From: Deltaproteobacteria bacterium
GTDB taxonomy: Bacteria > Desulfobacterota_D > UBA1144 > Nemesobacterales > UBA2774
DNA: 64,000 nt
Reading direction: 5' to 3'
NCBI GenBank assembly: GCA_040223695.1
Contig: JAVKFU010000013.1
Span: forward strand, 59,321 to 123,320
Position 1 is the first letter of the stretch. Every line of letters begins with the position of its first letter. Below, piece after piece: positions 40,932-49,195 of this stretch. Position numbers and translations under genes: made by a program. The notes below the pieces were generated by a model. It was not told the origin of the DNA. It saw only the letters and a list, made by a program, of their open reading frames with translations, and ran no database searches.

Positions 40932-41736
40932 TATAACGGCCTATGTAATTATTACGGTACTGGCACTGATATTCGGTGTTGGGGATAGAGTGTACGCCGA
41001 GAGTGAAACAGCCAAGTTCCCCGAGGGCAAATGGATCGACCTTACCCACGACTTCTCCACTGAAACCGTTTACTGGCCCACCGGAGAGGGGTTCAAGTTA
41101 GAGAAGGTATACGAGGGGCATACCGAAAAAGGCTACTTTTACACCGCCAATAAATACGAGGGCGAGGAGCACGGAGGCACGCACATAGACGCTCCGATTC
41201 ATTTTGCCGAGGGCAGACAAACTGTAGACGAGATCCCGATTGAGAAAGTTACCGGCACGGCAGTGGTCATAGACATTTCCGGGAAAGCCCTTTCAGACCC
41301 GGACTATCAGGTAAGCGCGGCCGACTTTACCGCGTGGGAAAAGGAAAATGGCAGAATTCCGGAGAACTCGATCGTGCTGCTCAATACGGGTTATGCGCGA
41401 TACTGGCCGGACAGAGTCAAATATATGGGGACGGATAAAAAAGGCCGGGAGGCCGTCAAGGAGCTTCACTTTCCGGGTCTCGATCCCGAAGCGGCTAAAT
41501 GGCTTGTTCGCAACAGAAAAATAAACGCGATCGGACTCGATACCCCCAGCATAGACTACGGTCAATCGGAATTGTTCGAGAGCCATCAAATATTGTTTGA
41601 AGAAAATATTCCCGCGTTTGAGAATGTTGCGAATTTGGATAAATTGCCGGCAACAGGCGCGTATGTGATCGCCCTTCCGATGAAAATCAAGGGAGGCAGC
41701 GGCGGCCCGCTTCGCATTATAGCCCTCGTGCCGTAA
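40900..41736 (+). CDS. Putative cyclase-family protein (kynurenine formamidase-like) with a signal peptide
   Basis: HxGxH-type metal motif (GGTHIDAPIHF) and a conserved GLD..SID region typical of PF04199; overlaps the alsD 3' end. Confidence 0.7.
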   Translation: MRMPEKKVKSNITAYVIITVLALIFGVGDRVYAESETAKFPEGKWIDLTHDFSTETVYWPTGEGFKLEKVYEGHTEKGYFYTANKYEGEEHGGTHIDAPIHFAEGRQTVDEIPIEKVTGTAVVIDISGKALSDPDYQVSAADFTAWEKENGRIPENSIVLLNTGYARYWPDRVKYMGTDKKGREAVKELHFPGLDPEAAKWLVRNRKINAIGLDTPSIDYGQSELFESHQILFEENIPAFENVANLDKLPATGAYVIALPMKIKGGSGGPLRIIALVP

Positions 41737-41762
41737 AATAATTTACCGGGAGAGAAAAGCAG

Positions 41763-42158
41763 ATGAGCAATCCAAAGCAGACTAGAAAACAGGCTGTCGA
41801 TGAGGGAAAACTGAGGGATGTATCAGAAGTGGCAAAAGAGGCGGGGGTTTTGATTCCGGTTTATATAACATCGACTGTCTGGGACAGCTGGATAACCCCT
41901 GACCAGGAAGGGATGAAGAAGGGGGAGGACGAGAACACGAGACTCAGAAACACAATGGACAAGCTTTTGTATTATATAAGAGTCCACCGCCAGACAAACA
42001 GATCGAATTTAATATATTTTCCCGTTCCACTTACTAAAAAGGGAGAAATCGAGAACGTTCAGCTGCTGTCTTATCTGGGTCCGGTCGAGAAAACCGATCA
42101 CAGGCCCTGTATCACAATAATGACTCCTGAAGAGTACGATCAGAGAACGACAAACTGA
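41763..42158 (+). CDS. Hypothetical protein (131 aa)
   Basis: ORF with coding-like composition in the operon position between the cyclase and the desulfurase; no family recognised. Confidence 0.4.
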   Translation: MSNPKQTRKQAVDEGKLRDVSEVAKEAGVLIPVYITSTVWDSWITPDQEGMKKGEDENTRLRNTMDKLLYYIRVHRQTNRSNLIYFPVPLTKKGEIENVQLLSYLGPVEKTDHRPCITIMTPEEYDQRTTN

Positions 42159-42325
42159 ATGTTTTTCTTATCGAACCTCATCGGCCCTCTCAGAATCCTG
42201 AAAACTTCTTCAAACCGCGCGATAGATATTAAAATGGCTCAAAATTTCACAAAGTGACCCGGTATAGGGATTGTGAAATAAGCGCTTGAAATAATGTTAT
42301 AATATTCAGGTATCAGGGTCCGGTA

Positions 42326-43468
42326 ATGGAAAAAAACGAAATTTATCTTGACAACAACGCGACCACGAAACCGCTTCCCGAGGTAAGGGAAGTAGTGATG
42401 AGGCTAATGGGCGATGGATTCGGAAACCCTTCAAGCGCCCATTCCACAGGTGAAAGGGCACGGAAACACCTGTCTGTAGCAAGAAACCAGGTAGCAGCCC
42501 TATTGGGCGTATCACCTTCCAGAATCACGTTTACAAGCTCAGGCACCGAATCCAACAACATGGCGTTTTACTCCCGCGCCAGAGACAAGGGGAGGAAATG
42601 CCGTATTATCACAACCACGGTTGAACACTCATCGATCAGGAAAATGTGCAGCTACCTCTGCATCAATGGCGTCGAAATAAAGCTTATTGGAGTTGACCGG
42701 GAAGGGCTCATTGACCTTAAGGAACTGGAAAAAAACATCAATGACAACACCACTTTGGTGTCGGTGCAGTGGGTTAATAATGAAACCGGGGTCATGCAGC
42801 CTATCGTTGAAATTGGGGAAATCTGCCGCCGCAGGGGCGTGCCGCTTCATACAGACGCGGCGCAGGCCCTCGGAAAAATCGAGATGAAGGTGGATGAGCT
42901 GCCGATAGATTTTCTGTCCGTCACCGGGCACAAAATTCACGGACCCCAGGGTGCGGCAGTGATATACAGCAGAGACAGGTTTATGCTCGCGCCCATACTG
43001 TTCGGCGGATTCCAGGAAGAAGGCTTCCGTCCCGGCACTGAAAACCTGCCCGGAATAGCGGGACTCGGCAAGGCAGCGGAGATAAGAAAAAACAACCTCA
43101 AAGAAATCATCACCGGGATGAAGGAGCTGAGAGACAGGTTCGAGGCGATGATTCTCGATTTCATCCCCGGTACCAGAGTTAACGGGGATATAAAGAAAAG
43201 AGTGTGCAACACGACAAATATATTTTTCGGAGGGATTGACGGGAGAAGATTAGTAATGGAACTTGACCGGGCCGGTGTGAGATGCTCGCAAAGTTCTGCG
43301 TGCACCAATTTCGAGATTTCACCCTCGTATGTCCTCTGCGCTATGGGCTTATCCGAAGAAGAGGCCTATTCGAGTATTCGTTTCAGTTTTTCCGTGGAGA
43401 ATACGTTTGAGGAAGTTGACAGCTCGGTACGGATAATCAGGGATCTGTGCGATAAGCTGAGCGGCTAA
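42326..43468 (+). CDS. Cysteine desulfurase (NifS/IscS-like class V aminotransferase)
   Basis: PLP-lysine motif SVTGHKIHGPQG and the active-site Cys loop SSACT. Confidence 0.85.
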   Translation: MEKNEIYLDNNATTKPLPEVREVVMRLMGDGFGNPSSAHSTGERARKHLSVARNQVAALLGVSPSRITFTSSGTESNNMAFYSRARDKGRKCRIITTTVEHSSIRKMCSYLCINGVEIKLIGVDREGLIDLKELEKNINDNTTLVSVQWVNNETGVMQPIVEIGEICRRRGVPLHTDAAQALGKIEMKVDELPIDFLSVTGHKIHGPQGAAVIYSRDRFMLAPILFGGFQEEGFRPGTENLPGIAGLGKAAEIRKNNLKEIITGMKELRDRFEAMILDFIPGTRVNGDIKKRVCNTTNIFFGGIDGRRLVMELDRAGVRCSQSSACTNFEISPSYVLCAMGLSEEEAYSSIRFSFSVENTFEEVDSSVRIIRDLCDKLSG

Positions 43469-43597
43469 ACTGATAGAATCCGATCTTTTCAGTCTCACAT
43501 ACGACCGCCTTTAGACAATTCCAAATCATTCTGACTCATTCAAAGTAATTCCTCGATGACACCGTTCAAAAAAAACGCCTGATAAAGACAACGCAAT

Positions 43598-44140
43598 ATG
43601 GAAAGGAATCAAAAGAATATACTGATTACAGGTCTTCCGGGCATTGGTAAAACAACTCTTGTAAAGCAGCTCCGATACAGGCTTGAGAAATATAATCCTG
43701 AGGGATTCTATACCGAGGAGATAAGGCATGAAGGAGAGAGAAAGGGGTTTCAGCTCATAGGCCTGAACGGGATAAAATCCATACTCGCACACGTATTGAT
43801 AGAGAGACCCTATCAGGTCGGCAAATACAAAGTCGATATTAACAGTCTCGATTCTTTTCTCGATTTATTAAACCTGAGCGAAAGTAAAGCCGGAATCGTC
43901 ATAATAGACGAAATAGGAAAGATGGAATGCCTTTCAAATAAATTTGTCAGGACAGTATCGGAAATCCTGGATTCAAATAAGATAGTAATCGCCACAATAG
44001 CCCACACGGACGGAGGCATAAAGGGAAAGATTAAGGCAAGGGAGGACGTGAAACTGTTTAAAATGAATCTGGAAAACAGGGGCGGGCTTGAGGATGAAAT
44101 CCTGGGATTCCTGGAGAGCCTTCCTCAATTCGATAAATAA
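43598..44140 (+). CDS. THEP1-family nucleoside-triphosphatase
   Basis: ILITGLPGIGKTTL Walker A and VIIDEIGKME Walker B with THEP1/NTPase_1-like architecture, about 180 aa. Confidence 0.75.
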   Translation: MERNQKNILITGLPGIGKTTLVKQLRYRLEKYNPEGFYTEEIRHEGERKGFQLIGLNGIKSILAHVLIERPYQVGKYKVDINSLDSFLDLLNLSESKAGIVIIDEIGKMECLSNKFVRTVSEILDSNKIVIATIAHTDGGIKGKIKAREDVKLFKMNLENRGGLEDEILGFLESLPQFDK

Positions 44141-44227
44141 GCTTACGGAGATTCGGGGGGATCAGATTATTGCTTCAGATGAAACAACTGGCGGCGCTCA
44201 GGTAAACATTCACTTCTCCGCAACCGG

Positions 44228-44893
44228 TCAGTCGTTGCAGGTCTCAATACAATCATTTTCAATATTATTGCAGCTCATTATGCACTCCTCCCTTTTCCCG
44301 CCTTCAGCGCCTCCATCGGTGTAAATACTGCAAGACTCCTCGCAATCGATGCGGTTATTTGCGCATGCCGAGGCGCAGGAATTATTTTTATGGAGTCCGC
44401 GATCTATCCGAGGACGCGGCGCGGGATTAACGCAGCGGTCTTCGCATTGATCAAGCTTTTCACCGCACTCTTCTACACACGCATTACGCTTTGCGCTCTT
44501 GGCGCCGCCTCCGACGTATTTGGTGCAATTCTCGTTGCAGTCCTTATTCCTGTATACGCAGGCGTCCCTGCATGTCTTGTCATGATAAGCCTCGGGTTCG
44601 ACAGTAGGGCGGGGAGTCGGGTCAGCGCATCTGATCCTGCAATCTTCAAGTTCGTCTCCGCACGCGTAAATGCATTCCCTCCGTTTCTCGCTCTTGGCCC
44701 CGCCCCCCACAATCTGAGTGCAGGAAAGCTCGCAGTTCTTTCGAGCCGATTCGCAGCTTTCCGGGCAGGTCATCTCCTGGACGCCCTCCGGTTTCTCATC
44801 CCCGAAAGAAGGGATATTGAATACCGTAAGAGCGATCACGGGCATTAAAACGTATATTAAAACCAGTCTCTTCATCCCAAGTTCCGTTTTCAA
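44228..44893 (-). CDS. Secreted cysteine-rich protein with three tandem 8-Cys repeats (24 Cys in total)
   Basis: Signal peptide; three repeats of about 60 aa each with C-x3-C-x5-C-x3-C...GGGAKS.KR..C-x3-C-x5-C-x3-C...P.PRP. Confidence 0.55.
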   Translation of the reverse strand: MKTELGMKRLVLIYVLMPVIALTVFNIPSFGDEKPEGVQEMTCPESCESARKNCELSCTQIVGGGAKSEKRRECIYACGDELEDCRIRCADPTPRPTVEPEAYHDKTCRDACVYRNKDCNENCTKYVGGGAKSAKRNACVEECGEKLDQCEDRCVNPAPRPRIDRGLHKNNSCASACANNRIDCEESCSIYTDGGAEGGKREECIMSCNNIENDCIETCND

Positions 44894-45096
44894 TTTTACT
44901 GAAAATGTACCAGCGTTTATAAAAATGATGAAATCAGCCCTGATCTCCCCGCGGAGCAGGCTCTCTGTCGATAATTTCCACGCATGTTAAAGCACACGAG
45001 CTGAAAGCCCGTGCTTTCAGGCTACTATATACATTCTATGCTGTATCGCGCCCGCGGGCTTGTTACAAACGGGGGCGCTCGTTATAATTTGAGGCT

Positions 45097-46425
45097 ATGA
45101 ACCTGAACAAGCTCAGAGACGATGCGGTATCGATATTTCACGCGGGCCTGAAAGCGGTTGATCCGGTTAACGCCGTGAAGGCACATCTGAGACGTGAGGA
45201 CGAAACATTAATCCTTCAGGGCCGAGAATACGACCTCCCGGCGTTCGAGAACGTTTACGTGGTGGGAATGGGAAAAGCCGCTGCTTCGATGGCAAAGGCC
45301 GTGGAGGATATTCTGGGAGACAGATTAACGGCGGGGGTCGTAAACGTAAAATACGGGCACACAGTTCCCCTCGGAACTATCAAGGTTAACGAAGCGGGGC
45401 ACCCCGTACCCGACGAAGGGGGCATCAGGGGAACGAGGGAAATCATAGACCTCCTTGAGAAGACAGGAAAAAACGATCTGGTAATCTGTCTGATATCGGG
45501 CGGAGGGTCGGCGCTGCTACCCTTTCCGGCGGAGGGGTTAACCCTCGAAGACAAACAGCACCTTACCAAATCACTTCTGGAGTGCGGCGCTTCGATACAC
45601 GAGATAAACGCTCTCCGGAAACAGGTCTCACAGGTAAAGGGGGGCCGTCTCGCGAGGCTTGCCCATCCGTCAACCATGATTTCGCTCATACTTTCGGATG
45701 TAATAGGGGACGATCTTGATGTGATCGCCTCAGGGCCAACTGTGCCCGACACACATACTTTTCATGACTGCAGGCAAATACTTGGAAAATACAGGCTTGA
45801 GGGCAAGGTCCCGGAAAGCCTGGTCAATTACATTGAAAGGGGCTGCCGCGGGGAGATGGAGGAAACACCGAAGCCGGACGACCCGATATTTCACAGCACT
45901 CATAACGCGATTGTCGGCAGCAATATTCTGGCTGTTCAGGCGGCTAAGGAAAAGGCGATCGAGCTCGGCTACAACAGCCTTGTGCTCTCGACGTTCATTC
46001 ACGGTGAAACCGAGGAGGTCGCCAAAGTGCATACAGCCATAGCCAAGGAGATAATCTCTTCCGGCAACCCCGTTCAGAGACCGGCATGTATCGTATCGGG
46101 CGGGGAAACAACGGTGACAATAGAGGGCAAGGGAGCAGGGGGCAGGAATCAGGAGTTTGTGCTGGCCGCGGCAATCGATATAGACGGAATCGATGACGTC
46201 GTGGTATTGAGCGCGGGAACCGACGGAAATGACGGTCCGACCGATGCCGCGGGCGCCCTTGCGGACGGTACAACGGTCCGGAGAGCGCGGGAGCTGGAAC
46301 TAAACGCTTATGAGCACCTCTGTGAAAATAATTCGTACTACTTTTTCAAGCCCCTGAACGACCTTCTCATAACCGGACCCACAAATACCAACGTTATGGA
46401 CTTGAGGCTGGTTTTGGTCGCCTGA
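45097..46425 (+). CDS. Glycerate kinase (MOFRL family, glycerate 2-kinase-like)
   Basis: VVGMGKAA and ISGGGSALL motifs, plus a C-terminal MOFRL domain. Confidence 0.8.
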   Translation: MNLNKLRDDAVSIFHAGLKAVDPVNAVKAHLRREDETLILQGREYDLPAFENVYVVGMGKAAASMAKAVEDILGDRLTAGVVNVKYGHTVPLGTIKVNEAGHPVPDEGGIRGTREIIDLLEKTGKNDLVICLISGGGSALLPFPAEGLTLEDKQHLTKSLLECGASIHEINALRKQVSQVKGGRLARLAHPSTMISLILSDVIGDDLDVIASGPTVPDTHTFHDCRQILGKYRLEGKVPESLVNYIERGCRGEMEETPKPDDPIFHSTHNAIVGSNILAVQAAKEKAIELGYNSLVLSTFIHGETEEVAKVHTAIAKEIISSGNPVQRPACIVSGGETTVTIEGKGAGGRNQEFVLAAAIDIDGIDDVVVLSAGTDGNDGPTDAAGALADGTTVRRARELELNAYEHLCENNSYYFFKPLNDLLITGPTNTNVMDLRLVLVA

Positions 46426-46563
46426 TTTCCGTAAAATCAAATCGGGACGGGCGATAACATCATTATTGATAATAAGAGAATTTTGATAAACCCCAATAAA
46501 TAACTGTAACCTTATAAACTCTTCTGCTATAATTTATCTAATCGAGCCTGAAGGTTAAATTAA

Positions 46564-47763
46564 TTGAATCCCGTCCAAATCATAAAAGAAATACTGAATG
46601 AAATAGGTGTACCCGGTCTCTTCGACATCGCCTTTATGTCTCTTCTCATATACACGGTGCTCGTTTTATTCAATAAAACAAAAGCCAGGTTCGTTCTTAC
46701 AGGAATTATCATCATAAGCGTTGCCTACCTGCTCGCGCGGCAATTTAATCTTGTTCTGACAACCTCTGTGCTTCAGACGTTTTTCGCGGTCATACTGATA
46801 GCGCTTATCATAATATTCCAGGAGGAGATAAGGCAATTCCTTGAACAGATAGCTCTCTGGAGCCTTAATCCGCAATTGGCCATTGAAAGATCGCGCGGGT
46901 CTTCGCGTGAGGAAATTGAAATACTGGTAAATACGATTTCCGACATGGCCAAGGAAAAAATCGGCGTGCTAATAGTACTGCCCGGAAAAACATCGATTGA
47001 GGCGTACATAGAAGGCGGTAAGAGCCTGAACGGAAAATTAAGCGAGCCTCTTTTGAAAAGCCTGCTCGACCCTCATTCTATAGGACATGACGGGGCAATA
47101 ATTATTGAGAATGGAGATGTTACCAAATTTTCCTGCCACCTGCCTCTTTCCAAGAATTTTTCCCAGCTTGTAAACAAGGGGACGCGGCATGCTGCGGCCC
47201 TGGGATTATCCGAGCAAAACGACGCATTATGTCTAGTGGTGTCTGAAGAAAAGGGGACAATATCCGTCGCCAGGAACGGTGAATTGAGACAGGTGGGGAC
47301 CGAGCAGCTAAACCTGATCCTGGAAAAATTTTACAGCGAGATAAGTCCGATTAAGAAGAGAAGGCCATGGTTTAGTTTCTTTACAAAAAATTACAGAGAA
47401 AAAGCGATTGCGATTTTTATGGCAATCGCACTCTGGTTTGTCTTCGTGCATGAATCGAAACTTGTTTACAGGACGTATAACATTCCGGTCAAATATACAA
47501 CTCTGCCTTCGAACCTGAAGGTAGATGACATCAAGCCCGAGAAAGTCAAAGTAACTTTTCTGGGACCGAGAAGGGCATTTTATTTCTTTAACGAAAATGA
47601 AGTTGAGCTGTTTTTGAAAATACCCGAGGCTAAAAAGGGTATCAAAACCTTAAATATATCAGAATCCAGCTTGAAGTTTCCGAAGGACATTTCGCTTGAA
47701 AATATAGAACCCCGCAGGGTGCTCGTCCGAATTGACAATACAGGAGCCGAGAAAGATCAATAA
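46564..47763 (+). CDS. cdaA: Diadenylate cyclase CdaA fused to a C-terminal YbbR (CdaR-like) domain
   Basis: TTG start; three N-terminal TM helices; DAC motifs HDGAIII and GTRHAAALGLSE. An extra TM helix is followed by a YbbR-type beta-rich repeat (YRTYNIPVKYTTLP...VKVTFLGP). Confidence 0.8.
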   Translation: MNPVQIIKEILNEIGVPGLFDIAFMSLLIYTVLVLFNKTKARFVLTGIIIISVAYLLARQFNLVLTTSVLQTFFAVILIALIIIFQEEIRQFLEQIALWSLNPQLAIERSRGSSREEIEILVNTISDMAKEKIGVLIVLPGKTSIEAYIEGGKSLNGKLSEPLLKSLLDPHSIGHDGAIIIENGDVTKFSCHLPLSKNFSQLVNKGTRHAAALGLSEQNDALCLVVSEEKGTISVARNGELRQVGTEQLNLILEKFYSEISPIKKRRPWFSFFTKNYREKAIAIFMAIALWFVFVHESKLVYRTYNIPVKYTTLPSNLKVDDIKPEKVKVTFLGPRRAFYFFNENEVELFLKIPEAKKGIKTLNISESSLKFPKDISLENIEPRRVLVRIDNTGAEKDQ

Positions 47764-47974
47764 TAGCGGACAGAATCAATCACATCCGGAATTGTAATTA
47801 TTGAGTTCGAGCCTCTTAATTAGTTATTACTCAAGACCACTTAAAAATTAAAGCTGTTTTTGCATATTAAACGCCGAGCGAACCTCTTGCATACCTTGAA
47901 AATTCGCAGGAGAAAAACCCGTTTCCGGAAAACAGTCTATAGATGGATGCTCCGTTCCGCTTTCCGCAAATTCG

Positions 47975-48346
47975 TCAAGCCAGGTCCAGCGCGAATCTTT
48001 TTAAATCCTCGAGTGATATTATTTCAAGCACCGACTCGTGCGTCGAGGCCAAAACTACAGGCGGCGCATACCCTTTGCCCATGGCTTCTTTCCACCTAAG
48101 CGCGCAAACGCACCACCTGTCGCCGGGTTTCAGACCCGGGAAATCATAATCGGGATTCGGAGTGGTCAGGTCATTTCCCTGTGATTTTGAAAATTCCAGA
48201 AATTCCTCTGTCACTTCGGTGCAAACAACGTGCATCCCTAGGTCCTCGGGCCCGGTTCGGCAGCAGCCGTCCCGGTAAAACCCCGTCATAGGCGACAAGG
48301 AGCATGTTTCGAGCTCCTCTCCGAATACATTTTTTTCCTGCGGCAT
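47975..48346 (-). CDS. DUF2237-family small protein
   Basis: GFYRDGCC.TG...H.VC...FPGL.PGDRWCVCA.RW pattern typical of DUF2237. Confidence 0.6.
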   Translation of the reverse strand: MPQEKNVFGEELETCSLSPMTGFYRDGCCRTGPEDLGMHVVCTEVTEEFLEFSKSQGNDLTTPNPDYDFPGLKPGDRWCVCALRWKEAMGKGYAPPVVLASTHESVLEIISLEDLKRFALDLA

Positions 48347-48571
48347 TATTTATCTCCAAATGATGAATTACAATCCGGCGGCCCCTTTGGATGATTTAAT
48401 ACGAGGCGGATTTAAAGTAATTATAACTCAGTGAGGAAATAAATCATTTTTATGTCAAACGATATGTTAACCCCTACTTCAGGTCAAGAATCCACTCTAT
48501 GCCAGGCTCTCAAATATGCGATTCAGTATTAATATCGAGAAGACCTAACGACAAAGTATTTACGTTCATAT

Positions 48572-49144
48572 TCAAAAGGGAATCCTGTTGACAAGCTCGC
48601 GAAGCTCCCCCGAGCAAACCCTAAAAGCGTCCTTCCATTCGTCAGCAATGTACGTCGTGTCGAATGAATCGGAAATCAACTCAAAGTAAGACTCTATTAT
48701 ATGTACAATGCCCAAGGATATTTGCCTGAACATAGAATTTCTTTCTTTGCCGTCTCCGGTCCAGCCTTTGTACAGATTAACGGCTGTCTGCGGTGAAATC
48801 CGGTTATTCTCCACATGCAGTAAATTAATGTTTGTATAGCTGCCCGCAGCCCTCTCAAGCTCTTCGGCAAGAAAACCTTCTTCGGGATCTGCTTTTAGTA
48901 CACCCTCTGAAAACTCGGCCATCCTGTTGACGATATCGGACAATGCTTTAAGAACCCCGACAGGCCGGTTATCACTAGCTCCGTCTATTTCGTCCATTGA
49001 TTGCGCTGTTTCAGATAGTAGGAGAATAAGATTATTCTCAATAATTCTGTCACGCGTAATCCTGTGCTCGGAAACGGGCCCGGCCTTGCCGGCAGACCCG
49101 CTATCTCCACTCCCTTGACCAACAACCATAAATTTACGATTCAT
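48572..49144 (-). CDS. Hypothetical protein (190 aa), downstream of and probably co-transcribed with the MshEN-REC gene
   Basis: 51-nt gap from the upstream gene on the same strand; no family recognised. Confidence 0.4.
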   Translation of the reverse strand: MNRKFMVVGQGSGDSGSAGKAGPVSEHRITRDRIIENNLILLLSETAQSMDEIDGASDNRPVGVLKALSDIVNRMAEFSEGVLKADPEEGFLAEELERAAGSYTNINLLHVENNRISPQTAVNLYKGWTGDGKERNSMFRQISLGIVHIIESYFELISDSFDTTYIADEWKDAFRVCSGELRELVNRIPF

Positions 49145-49195
49145 GTCCGTTTCTCAGTAGTATTGACATAATAATTTATCCGATTCCATGCGCAG

